NCBI GenBank assembly: GCA_043797665.1
Contig: JAZDPL010000012.1
Span: 1-41,190, forward strand
Direction: 5' to 3'
Length of the DNA: 41,190 nucleotides
Source of the DNA: Candidatus Omnitrophota bacterium
GTDB taxonomy: Bacteria; Ratteibacteria; UBA8468; MWAK01
The notes under the pieces were generated by a model, which saw only the letters and a program-made list of their open reading frames with translations, made no database searches and had not been told where the DNA came from. The position numbers and the translations under genes are program-made. Positions 26,190 to 34,366 of the stretch are shown here, in pieces (the stretch's first letter is position 1; the number at the start of each line of letters is the position of its first letter).

Positions 26190-29100
26190 TTATCTCTCCA
26201 TCAATATTAGTTCGCCTAAACGACTTGTATCGTGATAACCACCGAAGGTTGGAACCCAGGATAGCGCAAGGGCAGGATTTCCTCCGGTTGAACGGATAAT
26301 GTTTAAGTAGACCTTATCGCCAGGCTTTATTCCGTCGGGAAGTAGTTTGGAAAGGGGTAAAGATATTCGCATTGTCCAGCGGTCTGATGCGGTGACATCA
26401 GAAACTATCACCGCCCCGCTGTCCCATTCTTTCTTATCTTCTCCATAGGCAAGGTCCATATGTGTACCCTGGAAGTTAACACCCATCTGCCGGTAGGAAG
26501 AACCTCTCTGCCGGGCAAAGAATAGTTCCCATTCATCATCACCCCACACATCACCGCGCAATATCAGTTTCTTAGGGTCTAAGAATTCCACCAGTTTTAG
26601 GTAGAGGTAGTTTCCATCATGTATTAGTCTAGCCTCAATTTTACGTTCAGTTTGTTCTCCACCCAGACCTACAAAATCGTCCAGAACCAGAGATCCCGAC
26701 CAATCAATCTTAGCCGCATTTCCATCAGAAATACCGCGGTCGACACGGGGCACCTTAACCTGGGGAAGAGGAGATGCCTTTTGATTGAGGCATTTCAAAT
26801 ATAGTTCCCTCCCTTTCACCATATATTGCCAGATTCCCTTTTCAAAAAGCGCAACGCGTTCTTTTCCGATATCGGTTCTGGCGGCTGCCTTTGCCTGTTC
26901 CATAAGTCTGCCAAGTTCACCCATTCTCTCTTCGGTACCCAGATACTCCCAGGCAATCTCTTCGGTTTGGTGCCCGGTATAGTCGGCCGGATAGTTGGCC
27001 GGGTCAGCGTAAATCTGTTCCATCTTTTCATACATCTTTTGCATCGGTTTCCCGGCGGCACCGTAGTAGCGGGTGAAGAATTCGTCAATCAACTTGTTAC
27101 CGTCCAGGGCAGGGTCATCAGCCAGTTTCCAGGTGATATACTCTTCAATCTGGTCTAAAAGAGGACTCCGGCGGTCATGTGCCAGGTAAGATGGCTCAAA
27201 GAATATTCCCTTTATACCGGACTGATGATACCGGGCCACCTGCTTGACAATGGTATGGGCGAAGAACCCCGGAAAACAGCGGTACTGCCCGGAAAGAGCG
27301 TTCAGAGACGGAAAACAGTAGTAGAGCCATAAATAGATGGGATGGTTTTCGGAGGAGTTGACCAGCCAGCTGTTGATAACATCTTCGTCATTTGCCTGAA
27401 TCCCGGGACTATAAATCATGCGGGCGTGTAAACAAGGCTGAATTGAAACATTTGATTCTATCCGTTCCTGACCTGGCGGATAGGCATATTCCCAGTAAGC
27501 GATGGCATTCAGGTATTTGTCCGGGTGGGATTTCTTCAGCTCTTTAGCCACCTTGTTGACAAAAGAGAAGATATAATCGCTGGCCTGGTCGTTCGAGAAC
27601 ATACCTTTACCGCGGACAGGTGCTTTCTTTAAAAGTGCCTGGCAGTTGGCACACTTGCACCACTCATTGGTGTCCCCCGGCACCAGGGCAAAATAGTCTC
27701 CCTGGGCAAAAGCGCCGGGTTTTGCCCCTTTGCCGTCAAAATAGTCCCGGGCATCCTGGACGACTTGCTGGATAAACCCCGGGTTGGTATAGCACATCTG
27801 CGTCGGCTGAGTTCCTTCGTATCCCTGGGCGAACCAATCCGGATGTTCTCCTTCAAACTCCCCCGAAGGGTTCTTTTTCCAGAACCGGGCGTAATATCCG
27901 TGAAAAGAATGGCCCGCAGTATACGGTTCTCCGCCAACACGAAGGCGGCGGAGGAAGAGTTGAGTTTCCTGCGTTGGCAGCAAAGGTGGAGGTGTTGCAA
28001 CTCTGATGGTGTCACCGCAAAGGTCAGCCGGAAAACTATTCCCGTAACCCGGCCACCGGTATTTCATGGCCGGTGAACGACGTATTTCAGAACCCTCAAC
28101 CACGAGGGTATCGCGCGGTGTATAGACTAATCCCAATTCTGTTGGGAGATACCACCGAACATCGCAAAACCGTTCCAGAAAATCGTAGACTGCATAGCAC
28201 GTACCCTGTTCATCAAAAGGATTTAGCGGATTGACCGGGTACCTGATTCCGCTGTACTTCCTTGGGACCCCGGAACCTTCGTCAAAGATATTAAACTCTA
28301 CTACGGTATTAAACGAGGTCGGCATGGCCTCGTGAAGAAGCACCACCGTATGCGCATCCGGGGTATAAGGACCTCCGGTTCCCTCCGCACCCACCTCGCG
28401 GACGATACTGGAGATACGTACTTCATCAATCAGGCCCACAAAGGCATTGCCGGCTTTATCCCACCCCTCCCGGGCTATAAGATCACTCCCATATCTAAGA
28501 GCTTTTTGCGGTGCAACTCCACCGACGCCCAGCTTCGCTCCCTTACAGGTCGTCCTGGTATATTTGGTAGTTCCCTGACTGACGCCGTCTATAAAAAGCT
28601 CTAACTTGTCCTCTTTGGCGCTGTATGTACCCATAACATGATGCCAGCCCTCAGAAAGTTCTCCGGAAGTAACTCCGGTTCCACCAGTACCGTTGTAGGA
28701 TATATATTCAATCTTGCTGTTCTGCGGCTGTCGTTCAATAATATGGTAAGTCCACGGGTTAGCGCCATCCAGACGCAGAATGGTGCCGGCTCCCTCCTGT
28801 GTTTTGGCCGGTAACCAGACCCAGGCCTCCAGGGTTCCCTCCTCGTCATTAAACTGGCAGTCAGGAACCGAAACCACATCAAAAATCCCGTCAAAACTGA
28901 GTGCCTGGTTATGCTTACCAGCCACCCCCTTAGGAACACCGCTTTTTTTTACTGCCGAAGGAGGCAACTCGGATTTGTCTTTGCCCATGAGAACCAGAGT
29001 GTCCGGCAGAAACCGAATCAGGTATTCCTGATTTTTGAAATCGCGGTTGTACAGACCCAATTCCCTGGTGGCGGCGCTTTCGCCAACCAGAATGCGGGTT

Positions 29101-29366
29101 CCTGAAACCTTGACATCATCCGTAACTATAGGCAGTTCTGTTCCGGTTATCTTCTTTAAATGGTACTGCAACTCTTGCACCGCGAATTCTGCAGACAACG
29201 TTGCGTCCCTTGACAGGACGATGGTGGCAGCAGGTTTGTTGTTACGCACGAGGGTCAATTTGGTTCCACTGGCACGAGTGGAACTTGTCTTCTCCGCGGC
29301 TTTTAGCCAACCAGCAGACAAACATATCAATATTATTAACCACCCCAAAATTCTTATTAGTTTCAT
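26190..29366 (-). CDS. Secreted DUF4838-type protein with inserted LamG domain and C-terminal CBM9-like domain
   Basis: Signal peptide; ELQYHLKKITG..LPI; LamG segment (GTLEAWV, WHHVMGTY, IDEVRIS); GTCYAVYDFLE..VRWY; QMCYTNP; WCKCANC; C-terminal DEWELFF and WTMRISLPL. Confidence 0.8.
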   Translation of the reverse strand: MKLIRILGWLIILICLSAGWLKAAEKTSSTRASGTKLTLVRNNKPAATIVLSRDATLSAEFAVQELQYHLKKITGTELPIVTDDVKVSGTRILVGESAATRELGLYNRDFKNQEYLIRFLPDTLVLMGKDKSELPPSAVKKSGVPKGVAGKHNQALSFDGIFDVVSVPDCQFNDEEGTLEAWVWLPAKTQEGAGTILRLDGANPWTYHIIERQPQNSKIEYISYNGTGGTGVTSGELSEGWHHVMGTYSAKEDKLELFIDGVSQGTTKYTRTTCKGAKLGVGGVAPQKALRYGSDLIAREGWDKAGNAFVGLIDEVRISSIVREVGAEGTGGPYTPDAHTVVLLHEAMPTSFNTVVEFNIFDEGSGVPRKYSGIRYPVNPLNPFDEQGTCYAVYDFLERFCDVRWYLPTELGLVYTPRDTLVVEGSEIRRSPAMKYRWPGYGNSFPADLCGDTIRVATPPPLLPTQETQLFLRRLRVGGEPYTAGHSFHGYYARFWKKNPSGEFEGEHPDWFAQGYEGTQPTQMCYTNPGFIQQVVQDARDYFDGKGAKPGAFAQGDYFALVPGDTNEWCKCANCQALLKKAPVRGKGMFSNDQASDYIFSFVNKVAKELKKSHPDKYLNAIAYWEYAYPPGQERIESNVSIQPCLHARMIYSPGIQANDEDVINSWLVNSSENHPIYLWLYYCFPSLNALSGQYRCFPGFFAHTIVKQVARYHQSGIKGIFFEPSYLAHDRRSPLLDQIEEYITWKLADDPALDGNKLIDEFFTRYYGAAGKPMQKMYEKMEQIYADPANYPADYTGHQTEEIAWEYLGTEERMGELGRLMEQAKAAARTDIGKERVALFEKGIWQYMVKGRELYLKCLNQKASPLPQVKVPRVDRGISDGNAAKIDWSGSLVLDDFVGLGGEQTERKIEARLIHDGNYLYLKLVEFLDPKKLILRGDVWGDDEWELFFARQRGSSYRQMGVNFQGTHMDLAYGEDKKEWDSGAVIVSDVTASDRWTMRISLPLSKLLPDGIKPGDKVYLNIIRSTGGNPALALSWVPTFGGYHDTSRLGELILMER

Positions 29367-29408
29367 CGCGTCTCCAGTTTATTATTCCCAACCCGTCCCT
29401 TAATTACC

Positions 29409-30092
29409 CTATTGCTCCCAGCCTTCGGACCCGTAGTAGCCTTTCGCGTAACTGAAGTCGAACTTTTTCGCCTGGACGTGACCATCAAGAAAAAGTACGT
29501 TGCCAACCTTCCCGCCGTGAACCTCACCCCACTCCCAAAGAATAGCCGCACCCGGGTCATCGGTAATCTTGTTTCTTTTGCCTTTCGGATCTGTGGCCAT
29601 GTCTGTGTACATAAGTCCGCCAACGTACATATAGGTATTGTACATATTCCAGAAAGCGTATCCCCGGTTGGCGGCATAAAAAGTTGGGCAATATAGTACG
29701 GCTGGTCCTTCGCCATATTGCGACTTTTTGACTGACAGGTATTTACCCTCCGGCCAACCGGTCAGCAGACCCAAACCGTTATAGTAGGCACCATTGAAGA
29801 ACAAAGTAGGGTTAAAGGTAAAATCAGATGTGGTAAAGGGGTCTTCGGCAGGCATAAGGGTAGGAACATTTATCGGCGGTAAGGAATCATCGTAGTCGTT
29901 GGCGTACATCGCTATCGCCAAGTAAATCTGCTTCATGTTGTTAAGACATTGAGTCTGCCTGGCTTTCTCCCTGGCCTGGCTGAGCGCCGGCAGAAGCATC
30001 GCCGCCAAAAGGGCGATGATCGCAATCACGACCAAAAGTTCTATTAAAGTAAACGCAAATGTTTTCCGTACCATTTTTCCTGTCTTCTTCAT
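29409..30092 (-). CDS. Second prepilin-type DUF1559 protein (own start inside the 648-aa ORF)
   Basis: RBS GGAGGA before ATG 30092; [49 protein letters not shown] and [15 protein letters not shown]. Confidence 0.9.
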   Translation of the reverse strand: MKKTGKMVRKTFAFTLIELLVVIAIIALLAAMLLPALSQAREKARQTQCLNNMKQIYLAIAMYANDYDDSLPPINVPTLMPAEDPFTTSDFTFNPTLFFNGAYYNGLGLLTGWPEGKYLSVKKSQYGEGPAVLYCPTFYAANRGYAFWNMYNTYMYVGGLMYTDMATDPKGKRNKITDDPGAAILWEWGEVHGGKVGNVLFLDGHVQAKKFDFSYAKGYYGSEGWEQ

Positions 30093-30138
30093 TTTCTTTT
30101 CCTCCGTTGAGGCGAACCTACAAGGGTCGCTAAAAATT

Positions 30139-30209
30139 GTAGGGGCTTGATTCATCAAGCCCGCGGGTTCTAAAGACCCCCTCTGGGGTTGAATAAATCC
30201 GCCCCCTAC
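30139..30209. repeat. GTAG-type REP doublet with longer spacer
   Basis: GTAGGGGCTTGATTCATCAAGCCC...GGGTTGAATAAATCCGCCCCCTAC; related to the copies at 34276 and 41045. Confidence 0.85.
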
Positions 30210-30249
30210 ATCTACTCTCTTTATCTTATCCCTTTCATCTGTTTTTCCT

Positions 30250-31298
30250 CCTTTTTTGACTCTCCCGGAATCCTGAAATCCGCAGGATTCACGAATTAAC
30301 AACTCCGGGAAGAGAACCTCCTTTTTAAACCTCTCTCCGCTAAAATTATCCCCGGTTAGCCTTAAAAGATGTTTTGCCGCTAACCTGCCCATCTCCTCCC
30401 GGTCCACCAATACCGTGGTCAAAAAGGGGTGGTCCGTCTTTCCCAGGGCTAAACCGTCAAAACCTACCACCGAAACATCCTCCGGTATTTTTACGCCTTT
30501 TTCTTTAAGCGCCTTCATCCCGCCCAAAGCCATTTCGTCGTTAGAAAAGAGCGCGTCAAATTCTAACTTTTCCTCAAGCGCCTTTCTGGTCACGGCGTAT
30601 CCGCCTTCAATATGGAAATCGGAATATAATATCAGATTTTCATTGAATTCAAGTCTGTGCTCCAAAAGGGTTGTCCGGTAACTCTTTATTAAATCCTGTG
30701 AAAAATAGTGGTCCGGTTGTCCGCAGATTAACAATATTTTTTTTCGCCCCAGGCTGATAAGGTGCCTCATGGCTAACCTGGCTCCAAACTGGTTGTCATA
30801 AATAACGCTGTTATACGGCTGGGAAATTTCCGGACCGCCGGGGTTGTCAACCAGGACCAGGGTAGGAAACCTTTTCAGCAAGACGTTTAAATAGTTCGCC
30901 GGAATGGCACCGATTACTATCAAACCGTCCGGATTGGAAAGGTTTAACATATTATATAACTTTAAAAAATCCGCGTATTGCTCCTTGATAATCCCGAAAG
31001 AAGAAACGGCGCCGGAGCCGAAAAATTCCTGCTGGGCGCTGCGGATAACCTCTCCGAAAAAAGTATCTCTCAAAGAATACTGTTCCTGGAAAAGAATGAC
31101 GTACTGTTTTATGGCGGAACCATCATTGAAATGGTTGCGGAGTAAGGGCGTGTACTTGAGTTTTCTGGCTGTCTCTAAAATCTTTTGCCGGGTCTCCGGT
31201 GCTACATAGGATTCATTCCGTAAGGCGCGACTTACGGTCATCGCGCTCACTTTGCATCGCTTTGCAATATAACCCAGGTTAACCTTATTTCTTCCCAT
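30250..31298 (-). CDS. LacI-family transcriptional regulator (domain extent; no own stop, frame runs on to 29409)
   Basis: [57 protein letters not shown] and ELLIRESC. Confidence 0.92.
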
Positions 31299-31326
31299 CT
31301 CTGTTATTCTATCATATTTATATGTT

Positions 31327-31355
31327 ATTATACCGGAAGAGCATGCCTTTGTCAA
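31327..31355 (-). promoter_or_regulatory. Perfect-consensus sigma70 promoter for the lacI-headed cluster
   Basis: TTGACA (31355-31350), 17-nt spacer, TATAAT (31332-31327). Confidence 0.8.
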
Positions 31356-31371
31356 GCAGACGGAGGAAGAA

Positions 31372-31400
31372 TTGACGGGGGCGGCAAATTACGTTAAAAT
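31372..31400 (+). promoter_or_regulatory. Divergent sigma70-type promoter
   Basis: TTGACG, 17-nt spacer, TAAAAT, followed by RBS GGGAGG and GTG 31427. Confidence 0.7.
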
Positions 31401-31426
31401 TTAAAGGTTCTTTAGGGAGGATTTTT

Positions 31427-34279
31427 GTGGCTGTGTTTAAGCGGATTTTTCTTGCCCTGACAGTCTTTGTTTTCTCCTGCTCTACCGGCTACGGCGAAGG
31501 CGGCCGATGGAAATTCCAGGAGAAGGTACCGACCTTTTTTCTGCCCAAACTCACGCAACCGCTGGTACTGGACGGTAACCTTAATGAATGGACCGAGGCG
31601 GCCTGCGTACCGGTACGGTACCAGTCCTACGTCTGCCACCTCCTTCCTTCCCATAAGTGGCTGGGCCCTGCGGATGCCGGGATGGAATTCTTCTGCGCCT
31701 GGAACAAAGATGGCCTCTGCCTGGCCGCGGTCGTCGCCGACGACGAAATATATAACGACCGGGAACCACAGAAATTATGGCAGCAGGATGGTGTTGAAAT
31801 CTTTCTTGACGGCCGGGCAGGGGAGCGGTTTATGAAGGCTCCGTACAGCAAGGGCGCCTACCAGATTTTTACCCAACCACCCGTCAATGACCGAAAAGCA
31901 AACCTGGCGGTTAACGCTCTGCACGGTGAAATAAAAGGGCTTAAAATCGCGGGCACCCGGACCCGGACCGGATATATCGTGGAGATGCAGATTCCCTGGT
32001 CGGCCTTTCCGGAATTCAAACCCGGGCCGGGGGCTTTGTTCGGCATCCAGTTCGGATTAGATGATTATGATAGCCGGGACGGGAATGCCATACAACCATT
32101 GATGATGACCTGGCGTGGTGCCAAGGACCTGGGTGTCAATCCGGCCGCGTTTATGCGGTGGACCCTGACAAACCGCATCCCTCAGGGCCCGGAGGTTTCT
32201 CTGGATGGAATCGCAGCGGTGGATGGCTCCCGGGTTCTCTCTCAAAAGAATGATTTGCCGTTTCGGGTTGAAGTAGGCCGGAACCTGGCAAAAAACGCAA
32301 AGTCGGTTGAGGTTTGGGTCCGGGACTGGACCGGCAAAAAGGTTCTCACCTCCCCTTACGTCCCGCTGACTCCGCTGCGTACGCCGTGGGAGAGTTCTCT
32401 GGCTGGACGGACTACCCTGCGGTTTGAAAAGGTCCCTGACGGCAGTTACCTTATCATTACTACTTTTAAGGATACCTCCGGCAGACCCCTGGGACTGGTC
32501 GAAAAACCCGTCCTCATTGTTCGGAATACTTTAGAAGACGCGCTGGACTGTTTCCGCCGTGCCGACCTTCCGGTCCTTTCTCAAAAGAAACCAATGAAGG
32601 CGGCGGCCTACCTGGGTGCGGCCGCATCTTTAGAACGGCTGAAACGGAACCTGGAAACCGGTGACGCCGGGCTTGTTTCCGGAACGGTCGTAGAATTGAC
32701 CGGCCGGTTAGGTCTGCTGGAAACCGGCTTCTTACCGGAAGAGGCTGACGGGCTGTATGACCTCCTGGCACTAACCGCTGACCCGGAGGCGCAGGTTGTG
32801 GTGGAATACCCGGAACCAAACCTTGCGGAAATCGCCTTTTACTGGGGAGCGATTCCTCTGGCAAGCGGAACGGTGGAGGTTTTCCCAACCGTTGATGCGG
32901 CGAGGGCTGAGTTAGAAAAAGAACGTTTCTGGGTGGACCCCGGGGAAAAGACAACCCTTGAGGGGTGGCCGGCCTTTGTTTCCGAAGAATCTTTGCGTTA
33001 CCAACCTTTCCGGTTAAAGAACTTCGCGCCGGACTCCCAGGTGTTTCTGGTGATACCCGAAAGGAAATGGGCGGATGCTCTTGATGTGAAATATCTTTCC
33101 TGTGTCCGGGTAAGTGCGGCGGTCATCCTGGACGATTGCCCGCCAACGATACGAAATAAGGTTGCCGGCTGGGCTAAAGAGACAAAAATTCGTAGAGTAA
33201 ATCTGCCGGAGGCGCAGGCCAAAGGAACTGCGTTCCTGGTGGCGGGAAACATCCGGTCCCCGGAGATTACCGAAAAGTTCCAGGGGTTCAGCATCGGTAT
33301 TCTCAACCCGGTTAAGACCTCGGTAATCAGGGCGGCTGAAAAGGAGCGTTTAATCAAGGTTGCCTGTCCGTCCCGCCAGATGGCAGAAAATGTGGTACGG
33401 CTTATCCTGGCTAAGAAAACAATCCCGGCTTCAGAGGTTGACACCTTACGGGGTTTGCTTGTCAAGGCGCTAAAACCAAGGATTTCGCAGAAGAAGGAGT
33501 TTTTCCGGCCGGACCAGCGTTCTTTGTTCTGCGGCGATTTACACCTGCACTCTTTTTATTCTTTTGACGGCGAAACGTCCCCGGTCGGAGTTGCGCTTTC
33601 CACGATGTACAATTATATGGATTTTGCGGTATTGACCGACCACAACACGATTGAAGGCGCCCGGTCAGTCCAAAACTTGCTTTCCAGGTATAAATTAGGT
33701 TATCCTCTTATAGTGGGTGAGGAAATCACCACAAAGTGGGCACACCTGAACGCCTACCCTTTAACCGAAACGATTCCGGCAAACCTTTCACCGGAGGAGA
33801 CGGTTAAGGCAGCCCATAACCAGGGAGCAATAATTCAGTGGAACCATCCCGGCTATACCAAATCTGAGTGGGAGATGTCTCACCTTGAAACCGGACCGGC
33901 GGGAACCGGCATAGGCGCTTGGGAACATCCACCCTTCAATTACCGGGAGCAAAGAGACTCCGTCTCCCATCCTGTTATCGTTGGGTCCACTGACAGCCAC
34001 AGCGGCACTTTTGCCCGGGACAGCGAACGTACCGTCATCCTTGCTTTAACCCCTAAGGGAGAAGCGGTCGCAAGCGCAATTAAAAAGGGCGATGTCCTGG
34101 CGATAATTCCTTACGGAGAACGGGTCCTTTATGGTTCAGACCGGATGGCTTCTCTCTTCCTTGCCGCTTTAAACGACCGGTCTTTCCTTAAAAAGAAAAA
34201 GTCGGAACAATTAAAGATAATGCTAAAAGAGGCGGACATCACCGGACTTTTACGGGCATCTCCGGCTAAACCGGAGTAG
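31427..34279 (+). CDS. Secreted protein: CBM9-like sugar-binding domain + C-terminal PHP (CehA/McbA-like) metallohydrolase
   Basis: Signal peptide; LDGNLNEW, WQQDGVEIFLD and GYIVEMQIPW; then GDLHLHS..S.DG, AVLTDHN, GEEIT, WNHP and GSTDSH. Confidence 0.85.
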   Translation: MAVFKRIFLALTVFVFSCSTGYGEGGRWKFQEKVPTFFLPKLTQPLVLDGNLNEWTEAACVPVRYQSYVCHLLPSHKWLGPADAGMEFFCAWNKDGLCLAAVVADDEIYNDREPQKLWQQDGVEIFLDGRAGERFMKAPYSKGAYQIFTQPPVNDRKANLAVNALHGEIKGLKIAGTRTRTGYIVEMQIPWSAFPEFKPGPGALFGIQFGLDDYDSRDGNAIQPLMMTWRGAKDLGVNPAAFMRWTLTNRIPQGPEVSLDGIAAVDGSRVLSQKNDLPFRVEVGRNLAKNAKSVEVWVRDWTGKKVLTSPYVPLTPLRTPWESSLAGRTTLRFEKVPDGSYLIITTFKDTSGRPLGLVEKPVLIVRNTLEDALDCFRRADLPVLSQKKPMKAAAYLGAAASLERLKRNLETGDAGLVSGTVVELTGRLGLLETGFLPEEADGLYDLLALTADPEAQVVVEYPEPNLAEIAFYWGAIPLASGTVEVFPTVDAARAELEKERFWVDPGEKTTLEGWPAFVSEESLRYQPFRLKNFAPDSQVFLVIPERKWADALDVKYLSCVRVSAAVILDDCPPTIRNKVAGWAKETKIRRVNLPEAQAKGTAFLVAGNIRSPEITEKFQGFSIGILNPVKTSVIRAAEKERLIKVACPSRQMAENVVRLILAKKTIPASEVDTLRGLLVKALKPRISQKKEFFRPDQRSLFCGDLHLHSFYSFDGETSPVGVALSTMYNYMDFAVLTDHNTIEGARSVQNLLSRYKLGYPLIVGEEITTKWAHLNAYPLTETIPANLSPEETVKAAHNQGAIIQWNHPGYTKSEWEMSHLETGPAGTGIGAWEHPPFNYREQRDSVSHPVIVGSTDSHSGTFARDSERTVILALTPKGEAVASAIKKGDVLAIIPYGERVLYGSDRMASLFLAALNDRSFLKKKKSEQLKIMLKEADITGLLRASPAKPE

Positions 34280-34325
34280 GGGTCGGATTTATCCGACCCG
34301 CGGGCTTGATGAATCAAGCCCCTAC
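34276..34325. repeat. GTAG-type REP doublet (50 bp)
   Basis: Two inverted palindromes with GTAG/CTAC ends; exact reverse complement of 41045-41094. Confidence 0.92.
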
Positions 34326-34366
34326 ATTTCAAATGTCAAAAAATTTATAATGCGTCTTGTATTATT

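Noticed and set aside
31299..31355. TTG start at 31355 for the LacI ORF
   Set aside because: That TTG is part of the -35 box of a consensus promoter; ATG 31298 directly precedes the HTH.
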